A stretch of DNA of 64,000 nucleotides from a virus: the IMG/VR virus record IMGVR_UViG_3300042907_001596, positions 64,001 to 128,000 of that record. One strand, written 5' to 3'. Position 1 is the first letter of the stretch, and each line of letters starts with the position of its first letter. Of this stretch, positions 38,290 through 48,051 are shown one piece after another. The notes beneath the pieces were generated by a model. It did no database searches, was not told where the DNA came from, and saw nothing but the letters and a program-made list of their open reading frames with translations. Made by a program: the position numbers and the translations under genes.

Positions 38290-40467
38290 GTGGCTTTTCA
38301 TCCAGGCCAGCAGCAGCGGCTCGTCACCGACCGGCCTTACAGTCCTCAAGCGGCGTTCTCGTCGGGCATCATCACCAAAGCTCCGTGGGATTCAGTCATC
38401 GACTTCGCTACTCACCCATCGTTCTGCGGGATGACGCTCTACCCCCGCCAGCAGACGCTGCTGCGGTTGATGTTTCTGGAAACCGACCAGATGACCGACT
38501 TCGACCGCGACGTGATCGAAGAGTGGCGACGCGGCTTTACGCAGCGCCGCGAAGTCTTCGGGGTGCAGCCCGACATCTGGGAGCGGGTGGCTTACCTTAA
38601 GGAGCGGGGCTTTCGGCGGTTCCCCGAGATCCAAGCCGTCCTGGGGCGACGGGCCTCTAAAGGGATGATCGGCGGCATTTTGGGCGCGGAGCAGATGGCG
38701 TATCTGTTCAGCTTGGACGACTGGCAGTCCCACTACGGCGTCGTCCCCGGCAAGGATGGCTACCTCACGGTGGTGGCCACCAGCCAGTCCCAGGCGAAGC
38801 GCCACCAGTTTCGCGACATCGCGATGGCCATCGAAAACTGCGCCTACCTCCAGCCGCACATCGCCAGTTCTAAAGACTACGAACTGTCCATCCGCACCCC
38901 CGCCGACCTCCGGCGGATCGGCTCGCTGAAGGCGGCGGGCATGGTGCCCGACCACGAGATCGCGACGCTGCACGCCATCGCGATGGCGTCCAACTCCGAC
39001 GTAGTGCGCGGCGCGGCGTCGTTCGCGCTGTTTCTGGATGAGTTCGCGTTCATGGTGCAAGGCACCGGGTCATCGAAGTCCGGCGAAGAAGTGTACGAGT
39101 CGGCGGTGCCCTCCCTCGACCAGTTCGACCCTGACGCCCTGATCTACATCCCTTCCTCGCCGTGGACGAAGATCGGACAGTTCTTCGCCCTCTATAAGCA
39201 GGGGTCGGTGCTGATGCGCTCCTACACCGAAAAGGAAGGCGTCACCTACACCCGGCAGACCGAAGAGAGCTTAGGTGTCGACGCCGAAGCGGAGATTGCC
39301 GACCTCACCGCCGACCCGGTCAAGCTGGTCTTCCAAGGCCCCAGTTGGATCCTGTACCAAGATTGGGAACGCGGGCCGGAGCTAGTCGGGCGAGCCTTCA
39401 AGCGTGCCATCCAGCCGGATCTGACCAGCGAGGTGCAGCAGCGCAGGATGCGGCGCAACCCCGAGAAGTTCCGCGTGGAAAGGATGGGGCAGTTCGCGGA
39501 GGTGGCCGCGCAATACCTCGACCCCGACAAGGTGGAAGCGATGTTCGCCCCGCTGGATTGGCGGGAACCGCTGGTGTCGCAAAGTCAAGGCCGCTTCGAC
39601 CGCAGCTACCGGATTCACTGCGATCCAGGCCGAACAGGAGCTAACTTCGCGATGGCTGTCGGCCACCTGGAAGATGCCCCCTGCAACGGCTGCGGCTGGA
39701 CGAAAGCCGACGGCGGCACCGGCTGGGCCAGTAACGCCCACATCTGCCCCGAAGGCGGATCGGTGTGGCCGCACGTCATCATAGATCTGCTGCATGTCTG
39801 GAAGCCCTCAGACTTCCCGGCTGACGCCGAGAGTGGACGGCGCACGATCGACTACATCCAAGTCGGCAACGACATCAAAGATGTCCTCACCCGGTTCCGC
39901 TCGACGGAGAAGATCTCCTTCGACCAGTGGAACTCCGCATACTTCCTGGCGGATCTGAAGCAGCAGTTCTCCCCCGGCATCCGCGTCACCGAAGTGACCT
40001 TCACCGACAAAGTCAACCAGGAGCGGTACGAAAAGTTCAAGTCGGCCATGAACCTGGGCTGGGTGTCGTCGTATCGCGACCACTTCTTCGACAACGGCTC
40101 GCTGCTGGAACAAGAGTTGAAGTTCTTGTCGGAGAAGAACGGCAAAGTCGTCAAGCAGGATTTCGGCCCAGTCACGACGAAAGACCTCGCGGACTGCGTC
40201 CAGGTGGTGACCGTCGATCTGCTGCACGAAGCGCTGGATCGGTGGGCTGCGGGCACGTTGACGGCGTCGGCGTACGGATCTTCTGACACAGCGGGGCTGC
40301 GCACCGGCCGGGAGTTTGAGCGGATGGGATTCGGCCAACCCGGCGGCGGTGGTGGTGCCCGCCGTACCGGGCGGGCCTGGCAGGACTTGGAGCGTCAGCG
40401 CAAAGAGCGCGGGCGTAGTGGATTCTCGCCCGACCGGGCGTCGTCTATTCGATCACGAAGAGGATGA
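38290..40467 (+). CDS. terL: Terminase large subunit
   Basis: LYPRQ, GRRASKG Walker A, LFLDE Walker B, SSP motif III, nuclease HCDPG / FDQWNS / KDLAD. Confidence 0.9.
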   Translation: MAFHPGQQQRLVTDRPYSPQAAFSSGIITKAPWDSVIDFATHPSFCGMTLYPRQQTLLRLMFLETDQMTDFDRDVIEEWRRGFTQRREVFGVQPDIWERVAYLKERGFRRFPEIQAVLGRRASKGMIGGILGAEQMAYLFSLDDWQSHYGVVPGKDGYLTVVATSQSQAKRHQFRDIAMAIENCAYLQPHIASSKDYELSIRTPADLRRIGSLKAAGMVPDHEIATLHAIAMASNSDVVRGAASFALFLDEFAFMVQGTGSSKSGEEVYESAVPSLDQFDPDALIYIPSSPWTKIGQFFALYKQGSVLMRSYTEKEGVTYTRQTEESLGVDAEAEIADLTADPVKLVFQGPSWILYQDWERGPELVGRAFKRAIQPDLTSEVQQRRMRRNPEKFRVERMGQFAEVAAQYLDPDKVEAMFAPLDWREPLVSQSQGRFDRSYRIHCDPGRTGANFAMAVGHLEDAPCNGCGWTKADGGTGWASNAHICPEGGSVWPHVIIDLLHVWKPSDFPADAESGRRTIDYIQVGNDIKDVLTRFRSTEKISFDQWNSAYFLADLKQQFSPGIRVTEVTFTDKVNQERYEKFKSAMNLGWVSSYRDHFFDNGSLLEQELKFLSEKNGKVVKQDFGPVTTKDLADCVQVVTVDLLHEALDRWAAGTLTASAYGSSDTAGLRTGREFERMGFGQPGGGGGARRTGRAWQDLERQRKERGRSGFSPDRASSIRSRRG

Positions 40468-40673
40468 CTGTGCGCGACTCAAAGAACTTCACGGCGGTGT
40501 GCGACGACGCTGAAGAGCCGTCGGAAGTAGAGAAGGCCGCAGCGCGGCTGACGGTGTGCGGGAACGCCCTCGACGCTGAGGACGCCGTCGATCTGTTGCA
40601 GATGTTAGGGCTGTATCCCGGCAACGACTCTGCGTCGCTGCTCACCTCGCCGCTGCGGAACTCGTTTTCGTGA
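40464..40673 (+). CDS. Hypothetical protein
   Basis: ATGA overlap; AR..VC..A.DAEDA..LL.MLGL actinophage pattern. Confidence 0.7.
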   Translation: MTVRDSKNFTAVCDDAEEPSEVEKAAARLTVCGNALDAEDAVDLLQMLGLYPGNDSASLLTSPLRNSFS

Positions 40674-40978
40674 AGCGTCCCGCCCAGCCCGGTCTGCACA
40701 GCCACCTTCCTGCGGTCGGAACCGACGACGAAGAGTGGCGGCTGCACGGACTCTGCCGGGGACACCACGATCCCGACCCGCTGTGGTGCCCCAACGACCC
40801 GCGTGACGCCGGAGCCGGGGTGGCGATCTGCAACACCTGCCCGGTCAGGATTCGCTGCGCCGAGTACGCGATGGTGCGCCGGGAGAAGCACGGCACCTGG
40901 GGCGGCATCACCGAATGGGAGCGCGAGTATCTGCTCACCGGCCGCTACCGCCGCCCCTTGAAGCCGCCGAAGGAATAA
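40670..40978 (+). CDS. whiB: WhiB-family transcription factor
   Basis: W...GLC, ICNTCPVRIRC, GTWGG. Confidence 0.9.
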   Translation: MKRPAQPGLHSHLPAVGTDDEEWRLHGLCRGHHDPDPLWCPNDPRDAGAGVAICNTCPVRIRCAEYAMVRREKHGTWGGITEWEREYLLTGRYRRPLKPPKE

Positions 40979-40997
40979 TCGACCGCTCTGTGGCGTT
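40972..40997 (+). promoter_or_regulatory. GGAAT-N18-GTT promoter (copy 16)
   Basis: Exact spacing; overlaps whiB stop. Confidence 0.8.
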
Positions 40998-41040
40998 CTT
41001 GTAGGTGGAGGGGAAAGGATCCCCCGCTGAAAGGAGCCGT

Positions 41041-41541
41041 ATGTACGAGCGAAGTTACGGTGCCCGGTACGACGAGCCTGGCAAGTATGCCCGCGTAGCC
41101 GACATCGCCAAACTGATTCGGCGCGACATCAAAGAGGCCATCGGCCGGGGTGACCTGCCGGGGCGTGCGTCGAACTACAGCGTGCGCAGCGAGTCCTACT
41201 CCGGTGGCTCCGCCATCCGCGTGAAGGCGATCGGCCTGGACGGGCTGTACCAGCAGTGCGAGGGATTCGTCCCCGCCGCAGACAGCGAGTACAAACGCTC
41301 CTGCGGGAACCCCTGGTGCAAAGCCGGAGGGCGGCACGCCGACCTGCCGCACGCCCAGTACCACGACGTGCTGTCCGTCGAAGGACAGCGGGTCGAGAAA
41401 GTCCTCAAGGGCATCCACTCCGCGTACAACCACGACGGGTCGGAAGTCCAATTCGACTACTTCGACGTGCGCTACTACGGCGAGGTCGACATTGAGCGCC
41501 CCGACGAGGCGGCGTACCGACTTCGGCGCAAAGCCGGATAA
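41041..41541 (+). CDS. LPD29-like protein
   Basis: AKLIRRDIK...YSVRSESYSGGSAIRV...YNHDGS...DYFDVRYY. Confidence 0.6.
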   Translation: MYERSYGARYDEPGKYARVADIAKLIRRDIKEAIGRGDLPGRASNYSVRSESYSGGSAIRVKAIGLDGLYQQCEGFVPAADSEYKRSCGNPWCKAGGRHADLPHAQYHDVLSVEGQRVEKVLKGIHSAYNHDGSEVQFDYFDVRYYGEVDIERPDEAAYRLRRKAG

Positions 41542-41581
41542 CCGTGAGAGGGGATCCTCCCCTCCACAGGAAGGAGACACC

Positions 41582-41896
41582 ATGACCACCCTGACCCGCG
41601 AGGAGTACACCTCCCTCCGCGACCGCTTCGACGGCGTCCGCGCCGACTACAGCGGCCGGGGAATGTACGGGGACGCCTGCCTCGCCTACACCGGCGACGA
41701 GCCGTACCTGTTCGTCTTCGATCTGGCCGAACTCCTGGCGGAGCGCGACAGCGATGACCCCAGCCCCAGCGACATCCGCTACGAACTGAGCAGCCTCAGC
41801 GCGTCCGGCGACTCCATGGGCCGGGGCAGCGTCATCTACTTCACCGGGATCGACGTGGAACCCGGCGACGACGATGACGACGAGGATGACGACTGA
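41582..41896 (+). CDS. Hypothetical protein
   Basis: YSGRGMYG..C...DSMG...IYF pattern; RBS aaggagaca. Confidence 0.75.
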   Translation: MTTLTREEYTSLRDRFDGVRADYSGRGMYGDACLAYTGDEPYLFVFDLAELLAERDSDDPSPSDIRYELSSLSASGDSMGRGSVIYFTGIDVEPGDDDDDEDDD

Positions 41897-41897
41897 C

Positions 41898-41923
41898 GGA
41901 ATAATCCCCCTCCACTGAGCGTT
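41898..41923 (+). promoter_or_regulatory. GGAAT-N18-GTT promoter (copy 17)
   Basis: Exact spacing. Confidence 0.8.
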
Positions 41924-41965
41924 ACAGCTAGTGGAGGGGGCAGTTCCCTCCGGCAAGGAGACACC

Positions 41966-42913
41966 ATGATCGACCTCAGAGCCGCGACACCGCCGGTGAT
42001 CGACGCCGCCCTCGCGGAGTTGGACTACGAACGCTACGCCGCCATGGTTCGCAAGATCGACCTGTGGCAAGCCGCCGACAAGGCTCGCAACCACATCCAC
42101 TACGACTGGCGCACCCGCGTGAAGACTCCCCGCCCCGACCTGGAGCGGGCGGCAAAGCTGGAAGCTCTGGCGGTAGAGCAAGCGGCCATCGAAGAAGCCA
42201 AGCTGGACGAGATGGCCCCCTACATCGCTGAGTTCCAGCGGCGGGGCGGCTGGACGCGGGCCTTCCTGGTGGTCACCAACGGCGACGGCCACGTTCACCG
42301 CAGCCAGGCGTGCCACACCTGCTACCCCACCACCCAGTTCCACTGGGTGACCGACTTCTCCGGCCACGACGAAGCGGAGATTGTCGACGCGGCCGGTGAG
42401 CGTGCCTGCACCATCTGCTACCCCACTGCTCCGGCCGAGGTGCTGAACCGGCCAACCGCCATCTTCAGCAAGGACGAAGAGGCGAAGCGGGCAGCCCGCG
42501 AGGAGCGGGAAGCCAAGCGGGCGGCGAAAGCGGCCCTGGAGGTCATCGACCCCGACACCGGCAAGACCCTCTTCAAGACGGAGCGGGGCGCGACCAACGA
42601 GATCGCCTCGCACCTGGATGCCTACGCCCGGTACGAGAACGACGAGTACCTGGAGAAGGCGAAGAAGATCGTCGCCGCCGTCGCCGTCAAGCGGGGCACC
42701 GACCCGGCAGACCTGCTGGATGAGCTTCTGGCCAAAGCGACCGCGAAGTTCCGCAAGGAAGCCATCAAAAGCATCAAGGAACTGAGGCAGGGGCCAAAGG
42801 GTCTGCACTACGACCAGACTGACCCGGCCAACTGGCATGCCAGCTACCGCCGGATCGCGGAGGAGGAGGGCCTGATCGCCTCTACCCCCGCACTGGCCAA
42901 GAAGCTCCACTGA
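41966..42913 (+). CDS. Conserved actinophage Zn-binding protein
   Basis: GWTRAFLV..GHVH...CHTC...ACTICYP. Confidence 0.8.
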   Translation: MIDLRAATPPVIDAALAELDYERYAAMVRKIDLWQAADKARNHIHYDWRTRVKTPRPDLERAAKLEALAVEQAAIEEAKLDEMAPYIAEFQRRGGWTRAFLVVTNGDGHVHRSQACHTCYPTTQFHWVTDFSGHDEAEIVDAAGERACTICYPTAPAEVLNRPTAIFSKDEEAKRAAREEREAKRAAKAALEVIDPDTGKTLFKTERGATNEIASHLDAYARYENDEYLEKAKKIVAAVAVKRGTDPADLLDELLAKATAKFRKEAIKSIKELRQGPKGLHYDQTDPANWHASYRRIAEEEGLIASTPALAKKLH

Positions 42914-43008
42914 CTGGCGGGGGCCGGAGCTAACCGGCCCCTAAAAGTTATAGAACTTCCCAGCGTGGCTCCCCCACGTTGCGGTCAGCCGCAAGTAGAA
43001 AGTGATGT

Positions 43009-43323
43009 ATGAAGATTATCGCTGTACTCTCATCGCTCCTTGCCGCCACCTTCGTGGGGGCCGGAGTTGCGCACGCCGATCTGTCCCCCAGCGAAGAGGC
43101 TTTGGGGGACTTTATGAGTGAGGCCGTCTGCGAGTTCCTTGATGACCAAGGAGTCAACACCGCCAGCATGCTGGATCTGTTCGCCGTCGTCTATCGACAA
43201 CAGGCTGTTCGCACCGAACAAGACGCCGCCGACGTGGTTAACTACGTCGTCTACACCTACTGCTACAGCCACTGGAGTGAGCTTGTCGCGTTCGGTGAAG
43301 GCGTCAGGGCGGGAGGAGGGTGA
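43009..43323 (+). CDS. Secreted DUF732-like protein
   Basis: Signal peptide AHAD; AVC..L...YC. Confidence 0.65.
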   Translation: MKIIAVLSSLLAATFVGAGVAHADLSPSEEALGDFMSEAVCEFLDDQGVNTASMLDLFAVVYRQQAVRTEQDAADVVNYVVYTYCYSHWSELVAFGEGVRAGGG

Positions 43324-43625
43324 TGGCGACCTACCTGATCACTTCAGCATCCGTTGAACCCCGCCGGGTGCAAGAGCATTTTGATGCTCGCGGCTGGCCG
43401 GGTGAGGCCCGCAGTCACGCCGAAGTTGCTCAAGTCTTCCGGCGCGGCGAAGGGTGGAAGATCCTGCCGGGACGCACGAAGATCAGCCACGACTGGCTCC
43501 TGAAGGCCCAAGCCGACGACATCACGTCGATCGCGCTGCGCGTGCGCTACGCCGACCGCCGCACGGTGACGGCCGACTTCTCCGTCAAAGAGTTGTTGAA
43601 GATGGCCGGTCTGCGCGGGGAATAG
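43323..43625 (+). CDS. Hypothetical protein
   Basis: ORF track. Confidence 0.65.
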   Translation: MATYLITSASVEPRRVQEHFDARGWPGEARSHAEVAQVFRRGEGWKILPGRTKISHDWLLKAQADDITSIALRVRYADRRTVTADFSVKELLKMAGLRGE

Positions 43626-43644
43626 CCCCGCCCGCTCCGGCGTT
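43619..43644 (+). promoter_or_regulatory. GGAAT-N18-GTT promoter (copy 18)
   Basis: Exact spacing; overlaps upstream stop. Confidence 0.8.
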
Positions 43645-43684
43645 ACACCAGATGAAGGGGCATCCGCCCCTGGTAAGGAGACGC

Positions 43685-43999
43685 ATGAAAATCAAGCTGT
43701 TCAACAAAGAGGTGCTTGCCGCCGCCGCTGCGCAGGGTGCGAAGCGGAACTACAACCGGCAGGTACCATCGGAAGTCATCGCAGGATTACCGGACGACAT
43801 GGTGTTCCCGGTGACGCTGTCCATGCTCCACGAGCACGCCGGTGGTGAACGGGTGGAGCCGCACATCCGCGCAATCGTCGCTGTCGACCCCGATGGGGAG
43901 ACGCTGATTCTCGACGTGAGCATGGCGGTCTTCCTGGCCCTGCCCGAAGTGGAAGTCAAAGACGGGGAGATCGTGCATGACGTACCGCAACATCACTGA
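43685..43999 (+). CDS. Hypothetical protein
   Basis: RBS aaggag. Confidence 0.7.
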   Translation: MKIKLFNKEVLAAAAAQGAKRNYNRQVPSEVIAGLPDDMVFPVTLSMLHEHAGGERVEPHIRAIVAVDPDGETLILDVSMAVFLALPEVEVKDGEIVHDVPQHH

Positions 44000-44297
44000 G
44001 GTCAAGCGGGCCAACAAAGCCGCCGGATACTTCTGGTTCAGCCCCGCCACCAGGAAGCACTGGGGTGCGCGGGTGGAGACGCCAGTCATGGACGGCCGGT
44101 TCTGGGTCGAGTCTGCCCGCACTTACGACGACGAAGGCCGCGAGTACAAGCTCGTCTACGCCACCGACGACGCCGGGGCCGTGGACTACTTCCGCGCCGG
44201 GGGCACAGACATCCTGCGCTTCCCTACCCGCGCCGAAGCCATCGACGCCCTGGTCGAATACATCGCAAAAGAGAAGGAGGCAGCAGATGCCGGTTAA
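43977..44297 (+). CDS. Conserved phage hypothetical protein
   Basis: N..AG.FWFS..T..HWG.RV pattern. Confidence 0.7.
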   Translation: MTYRNITEVKRANKAAGYFWFSPATRKHWGARVETPVMDGRFWVESARTYDDEGREYKLVYATDDAGAVDYFRAGGTDILRFPTRAEAIDALVEYIAKEKEAADAG

Positions 44298-44562
44298 AGA
44301 AAAGTGGAAGCTGAGAGTCAACGGCTGGGGCAAAGTCATCTTCGATGACAGCCTCTCCCTGGTGGCCAAGCGCGACAAGCTGATCGCGCTGCTGCGCGAC
44401 TCCGACTGGCACATCGTCAGCGGAGGCGACGACGGCGAGTTGGAGGACAGGATCCAAGACTGGCTGTTCGCGGACGAAACCGAAAGCGAACTCCAGTACG
44501 GGATGGATCGGATCTACGACCTAGCCGACGACGACGGTGTCTGGCTGGATCCGCGAGCATAG
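44287..44562 (+). CDS. Hypothetical protein
   Basis: RBS aggagg; IYDLADD..VW. Confidence 0.7.
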   Translation: MPVKEKWKLRVNGWGKVIFDDSLSLVAKRDKLIALLRDSDWHIVSGGDDGELEDRIQDWLFADETESELQYGMDRIYDLADDDGVWLDPRA

Positions 44563-44638
44563 CTAAGGCCGGGGGAGGGCAGTTGGCCCCTTTCGGCTAT
44601 GCCTCAACAGCGAAGATCCCCTCCCCCGGCCTGTCCAG

Positions 44639-44664
44639 GGAATAACTCCCCCTCCACCAGCGTT
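44639..44664 (+). promoter_or_regulatory. GGAAT-N18-GTT promoter (copy 19)
   Basis: Exact spacing. Confidence 0.8.
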
Positions 44665-44707
44665 ATAGCTAGTGGAGGGGGAGTTTCCCCCCTGGAAGGG
44701 AGTTCGC

Positions 44708-44956
44708 ATGGATCCCCGCAAGTACGCCGAAGCCGCCCTGGAGCGCCAGATCGCGGAGCTAGACGAGATGATCGGCCTGTTGGATCCCTTCGCTGGTGCC
44801 CCCAGCGAGTTGGGTCGGCTCTACTCCGAGTCTGCTGCCCTCGCCGCCGTCGCGGCGGTGTGGGACGACGCTGCTGAAGACATCTACGCCGCACGGATCA
44901 AGGCGCTGGAAGACCACGAGTACGGCCTCAAGAAGCTCGACCACCTCTACGTCTGA
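44708..44956 (+). CDS. Hypothetical protein
   Basis: ATG 44708. Confidence 0.65.
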   Translation: MDPRKYAEAALERQIAELDEMIGLLDPFAGAPSELGRLYSESAALAAVAAVWDDAAEDIYAARIKALEDHEYGLKKLDHLYV

Positions 44957-44968
44957 GAAAGGACGACC

Positions 44969-45211
44969 ATGGCCAAGAAAGCCCCCCGCTACGAACTGTT
45001 CAAGACCTGCGTGGCCGACGCCAAAAAGCGGGCCGGTGGCGACTACGGCTTCAACCTCATCGGGCCGAACTTGCGCCGCGCCTTGGTGGCCGAACGCATC
45101 TTGATGCTGCAACAGCAGTTCCGTCGCCAGTTCGACGCCGCCGTCGTGGTGGACACCATCGGGGAGTTGTGCGACCTGCTGGCCGACGAGTTCCCCGCCG
45201 AAGACATCTAG
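44969..45211 (+). CDS. Hypothetical protein
   Basis: ORF track. Confidence 0.65.
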   Translation: MAKKAPRYELFKTCVADAKKRAGGDYGFNLIGPNLRRALVAERILMLQQQFRRQFDAAVVVDTIGELCDLLADEFPAEDI

Positions 45212-45224
45212 GAAGGATGACCCC

Positions 45225-45422
45225 ATGATTGAGGTTCACGACTACTCCACCGGCACACCGCCCAGTGGTGACACCTGGACAACGGAGGAGTTGCAGCGCG
45301 ACTACGAAGTCGTGGGCTTCGCCGCCCCGTTCGTCGTCGTCCGGCGCAAAGCCGACGGCGTAAAAGGCACGCTGGAGTTCACCCACTCCCCAAGGGTGTA
45401 CTTCGGATTCCGGCCGGAATAA
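45225..45422 (+). CDS. Conserved small phage protein
   Basis: WTTEELQRDYEVVGFAAPFVVVRRK.DG.KGTLEFTHSPR.YF. Confidence 0.75.
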   Translation: MIEVHDYSTGTPPSGDTWTTEELQRDYEVVGFAAPFVVVRRKADGVKGTLEFTHSPRVYFGFRPE

Positions 45423-45441
45423 TAACCGGCCGGGTTGCGTT
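45416..45441 (+). promoter_or_regulatory. GGAAT-N18-GTT promoter (copy 20)
   Basis: Exact spacing; overlaps upstream stop. Confidence 0.8.
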
Positions 45442-45483
45442 ACACCTAACGTAAGCCCACCAACCACGAAGGAGACACCCGAC

Positions 45484-46347
45484 GTGACATCCCCGAATGA
45501 CCGCTCGCTGGAGCGCATCGCTGCGCTGCTCGCCCAGGCGGAGAACACCGACAACGAAGCCGAAGCCACCGTCTTCATGGAGAAGGCGCAGGCGCTGGCT
45601 ACCGCGCACTCCATCGACCTCGCCGTGGCCCGCTCCCACACCAAAGGTAAAGAGCGCACCGTCCCGATCCAGCGGAGCATCCGCATTGGGGAGCGCCGCA
45701 CCAAAGGGCTGGGCACTTACGTCACGCTGTTCAGCGGGATCGCCGGAGCCAACGAGGTCAAGATCGACATCGCCCACGACTCGACGGTCGTCTACGCCTT
45801 CGGGTTCGCAGAGGACATCGACCTGGCCGAACAGATCTACACCAGCGTCCTGGGTCAGATGGTCACCGCATCTGCCGCCTTCAAGAAGAAGGGCGAGTGG
45901 AAGCAGGACACCGTCTACACCAAGGTGCGCTACGCCAACGACGGCTGGTACGGGAACCGGTACGACTACGGGTACGAAGAGCGCCCCGTCTCGTGGCTGT
46001 CGGCGCGGCTGTCCTTCCAAGACGGCTACGCCCGCCGGATCGGGGAGCGCCTGCGCATCGCCCGCGTCGAAGCGGAGCAGCAGCGCATCGCTGAGGACGC
46101 CGCTAAGGCTCCGGTGATCACCGACGACGCCACCGAAGAGCCGGGTACCGACTTGGTGCTGGCCAACAAGCAGGTGGAGGTCAAAGACTTCTACAAGGCA
46201 ACCAGCCGCGCACGCGGAAGCTGGAGGGGTGCCTACTCCGGCAACCGCTCGCACACCGCCAGCAGCGCGGGACGCAGCGCCGCCGACAAAGCACGGCTGT
46301 CCGGCCAGGGCGAGATCGGCGGACGGCGCGGGGAGTTGACGGCATGA
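45484..46347 (+). CDS. DUF2786-domain protein (Rv0184-like)
   Basis: LERIAALLAQAENTDNEAEA..FMEKAQALAT.HSIDLA. Confidence 0.85.
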   Translation: MTSPNDRSLERIAALLAQAENTDNEAEATVFMEKAQALATAHSIDLAVARSHTKGKERTVPIQRSIRIGERRTKGLGTYVTLFSGIAGANEVKIDIAHDSTVVYAFGFAEDIDLAEQIYTSVLGQMVTASAAFKKKGEWKQDTVYTKVRYANDGWYGNRYDYGYEERPVSWLSARLSFQDGYARRIGERLRIARVEAEQQRIAEDAAKAPVITDDATEEPGTDLVLANKQVEVKDFYKATSRARGSWRGAYSGNRSHTASSAGRSAADKARLSGQGEIGGRRGELTA

Positions 46348-46883
46348 GCCGCGACTTCCAGCGGGCCAAGGTCTACGCGGCGGAGAACATCCTCGCCCGC
46401 ATGTACGACCGCGCTGCGGAGTCGGGCAGCCCAGAGGTGAGCCTGCACGGCGTGACAGTCACGCTGCCTCCCGAAGCGAAGTTCGGGTGCGTCGACTCCG
46501 TGCAGGCGTACATCGACCGGGTGATGGCGATGCCGACGGTGGCGGCGGCGTTCGGCGGCAAGTCGACTCCGACTGTGCGCCACCGCCAGGGCACGAAGGC
46601 GGCGCACTATTGCAACGACACCATCGCCATTCCGACGGATCGCGACGGGCGCTGGGCAATGCGGGAGTTGGTCGTGCTCCACGAACTGGCTCACCATTTA
46701 GCGTGGGGAGATCGCCACGGCCCGCGATTCGTCTCCAGCTTCATCACTTTGCTGGGGCTGGTCTTGGGGCCGGAGATCGAACTGCTGGCCCGCATGTTGT
46801 TTACCGACGGCGGAGTGCAAACCATTCCGCCCAGAGTGGCGTGGGAGAAATCCGCCGCCCGAACAAGAAAGGATCCACAATGA
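46344..46883 (+). CDS. HExxH metallohydrolase (TIGR04338/Rv0185-like)
   Basis: RDFQRAKVYAAE...WAMRELVVLHELAHHL...HGPRF. Confidence 0.85.
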   Translation: MSRDFQRAKVYAAENILARMYDRAAESGSPEVSLHGVTVTLPPEAKFGCVDSVQAYIDRVMAMPTVAAAFGGKSTPTVRHRQGTKAAHYCNDTIAIPTDRDGRWAMRELVVLHELAHHLAWGDRHGPRFVSSFITLLGLVLGPEIELLARMLFTDGGVQTIPPRVAWEKSAARTRKDPQ

Positions 46884-47146
46884 AAGCATTACGCGCCCTC
46901 TTGGTGGCGGCAACTGGAGTGTTCGCCATTCTTGCCCTGCCCGCCCAAGCGCAGGCCGCTCCAGGTCAGTGCTGGAACAGTCCGTTCGGCGGCTTCTGCG
47001 ACCAGATGCCCGAAGCCGACGGGAGCTTTATGCACTGCGAATACACCGGCTTCGGGAGTTCGACGTACCGGAACTGCTTCCAGGTGTGCATGGGCGTCAA
47101 TGGCGGCATCTTCCCAACGGACTACAACTTTCAAACTCCGTGCTAA
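46880..47146 (+). CDS. Small secreted Cys-rich protein
   Basis: Signal peptide AQAA; GFCD...DGSFMHC. Confidence 0.7.
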   Translation: MKALRALLVAATGVFAILALPAQAQAAPGQCWNSPFGGFCDQMPEADGSFMHCEYTGFGSSTYRNCFQVCMGVNGGIFPTDYNFQTPC

Positions 47147-47219
47147 GTGAGTATTGCTGATTTCCCAATGTGCGTATATCATCGCTGACATAAGCAGTCT
47201 TGAAGGAGACACCCCAGTG

Positions 47220-47603
47220 ATGAAAATCAGTTACGAACTCACCGCAGAGCAGTTCATGGCAGTGCATGAAGAGTTGGCGATACTCAACGCCAAGCTGGCC
47301 GGACAGGCAGCACCAGAGCCGGAGATCGAAGAAGTGATCGGCGGACTGGAAGGGCCGGAGGCTTCCCTCACCGCCAGCCAGTACCGCACCTGGAACTATC
47401 TTCGGGCGCGGGAGAACGACTGCCCGAACGGCGTCAGCATCTCTTCGGTCGCTCGCCACTTCGGCATCAACGCCTCCGCCGCGTCGCAGCGGCTGAACGT
47501 CCTGAAAAGGCTGGGGTACGCCGACCAGATCAAAAAGGGCTACTACCGGGTGGCGATGCCGACGGTGCGCAGCCGCCGGATCCTGACCGGCGTCAGGAGC
47601 TAG
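47220..47603 (+). CDS. Winged-helix DNA-binding protein
   Basis: SISSVARHFGINASAASQRLNVLKRLGY..GYYR. Confidence 0.7.
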   Translation: MKISYELTAEQFMAVHEELAILNAKLAGQAAPEPEIEEVIGGLEGPEASLTASQYRTWNYLRARENDCPNGVSISSVARHFGINASAASQRLNVLKRLGYADQIKKGYYRVAMPTVRSRRILTGVRS

Positions 47604-47845
47604 GCGGCAGCCAACTCTTCGGCCAGCGCGTCGATCGCGTCGGAGCGGTATCCATCCCACACGTCGTCGTCACCGACCAAGACGACCGGTGCCGTCGTGA
47701 AGCCCAACGCACGAACTTCCTCCGCCAAGCTGGGGTTCTCGTCCAGACGAACCTCCTCAAATGCGATGCCTCGCTTCGTCAAGTGCATCTTGGTGATGCG
47801 GCAAAGGTGGCATGCGGGGCCGGTGGTGAAGACGGTGATGGACAT
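47600..47845 (-). CDS. nrdH: NrdH-like glutaredoxin
   Basis: ITVFT..ACHLC...GFTTAPVV...WDGYR. Confidence 0.88.
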   Translation of the reverse strand: MSITVFTTGPACHLCRITKMHLTKRGIAFEEVRLDENPSLAEEVRALGFTTAPVVLVGDDDVWDGYRSDAIDALAEELAAA

Positions 47846-48051
47846 TAGGGTTCCTGTCTGATCTGTGCCCAGGCGAGTGCCTGGCCGAGAGATATTTGCA
47901 AGCCGGACACCTTGGTGCAACCTTCCTAGACCAGCCGCTCGTGTTGCTCTCAACGTGAGTAAAGTCCCTTCCCCATCGGATGGTTTCGACACTCCAACCG
48001 GTGATGCCCCAGCCTGTAAAGGGTGAGGTCGCAAGTGTGGGAGGTGAGCAG

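Noticed and set aside
39680-39770. Intein in terminase
   Set aside because: The extra CNGC...HIC segment is ~30 aa with no intein terminal motifs; more likely a small Zn-binding insertion.
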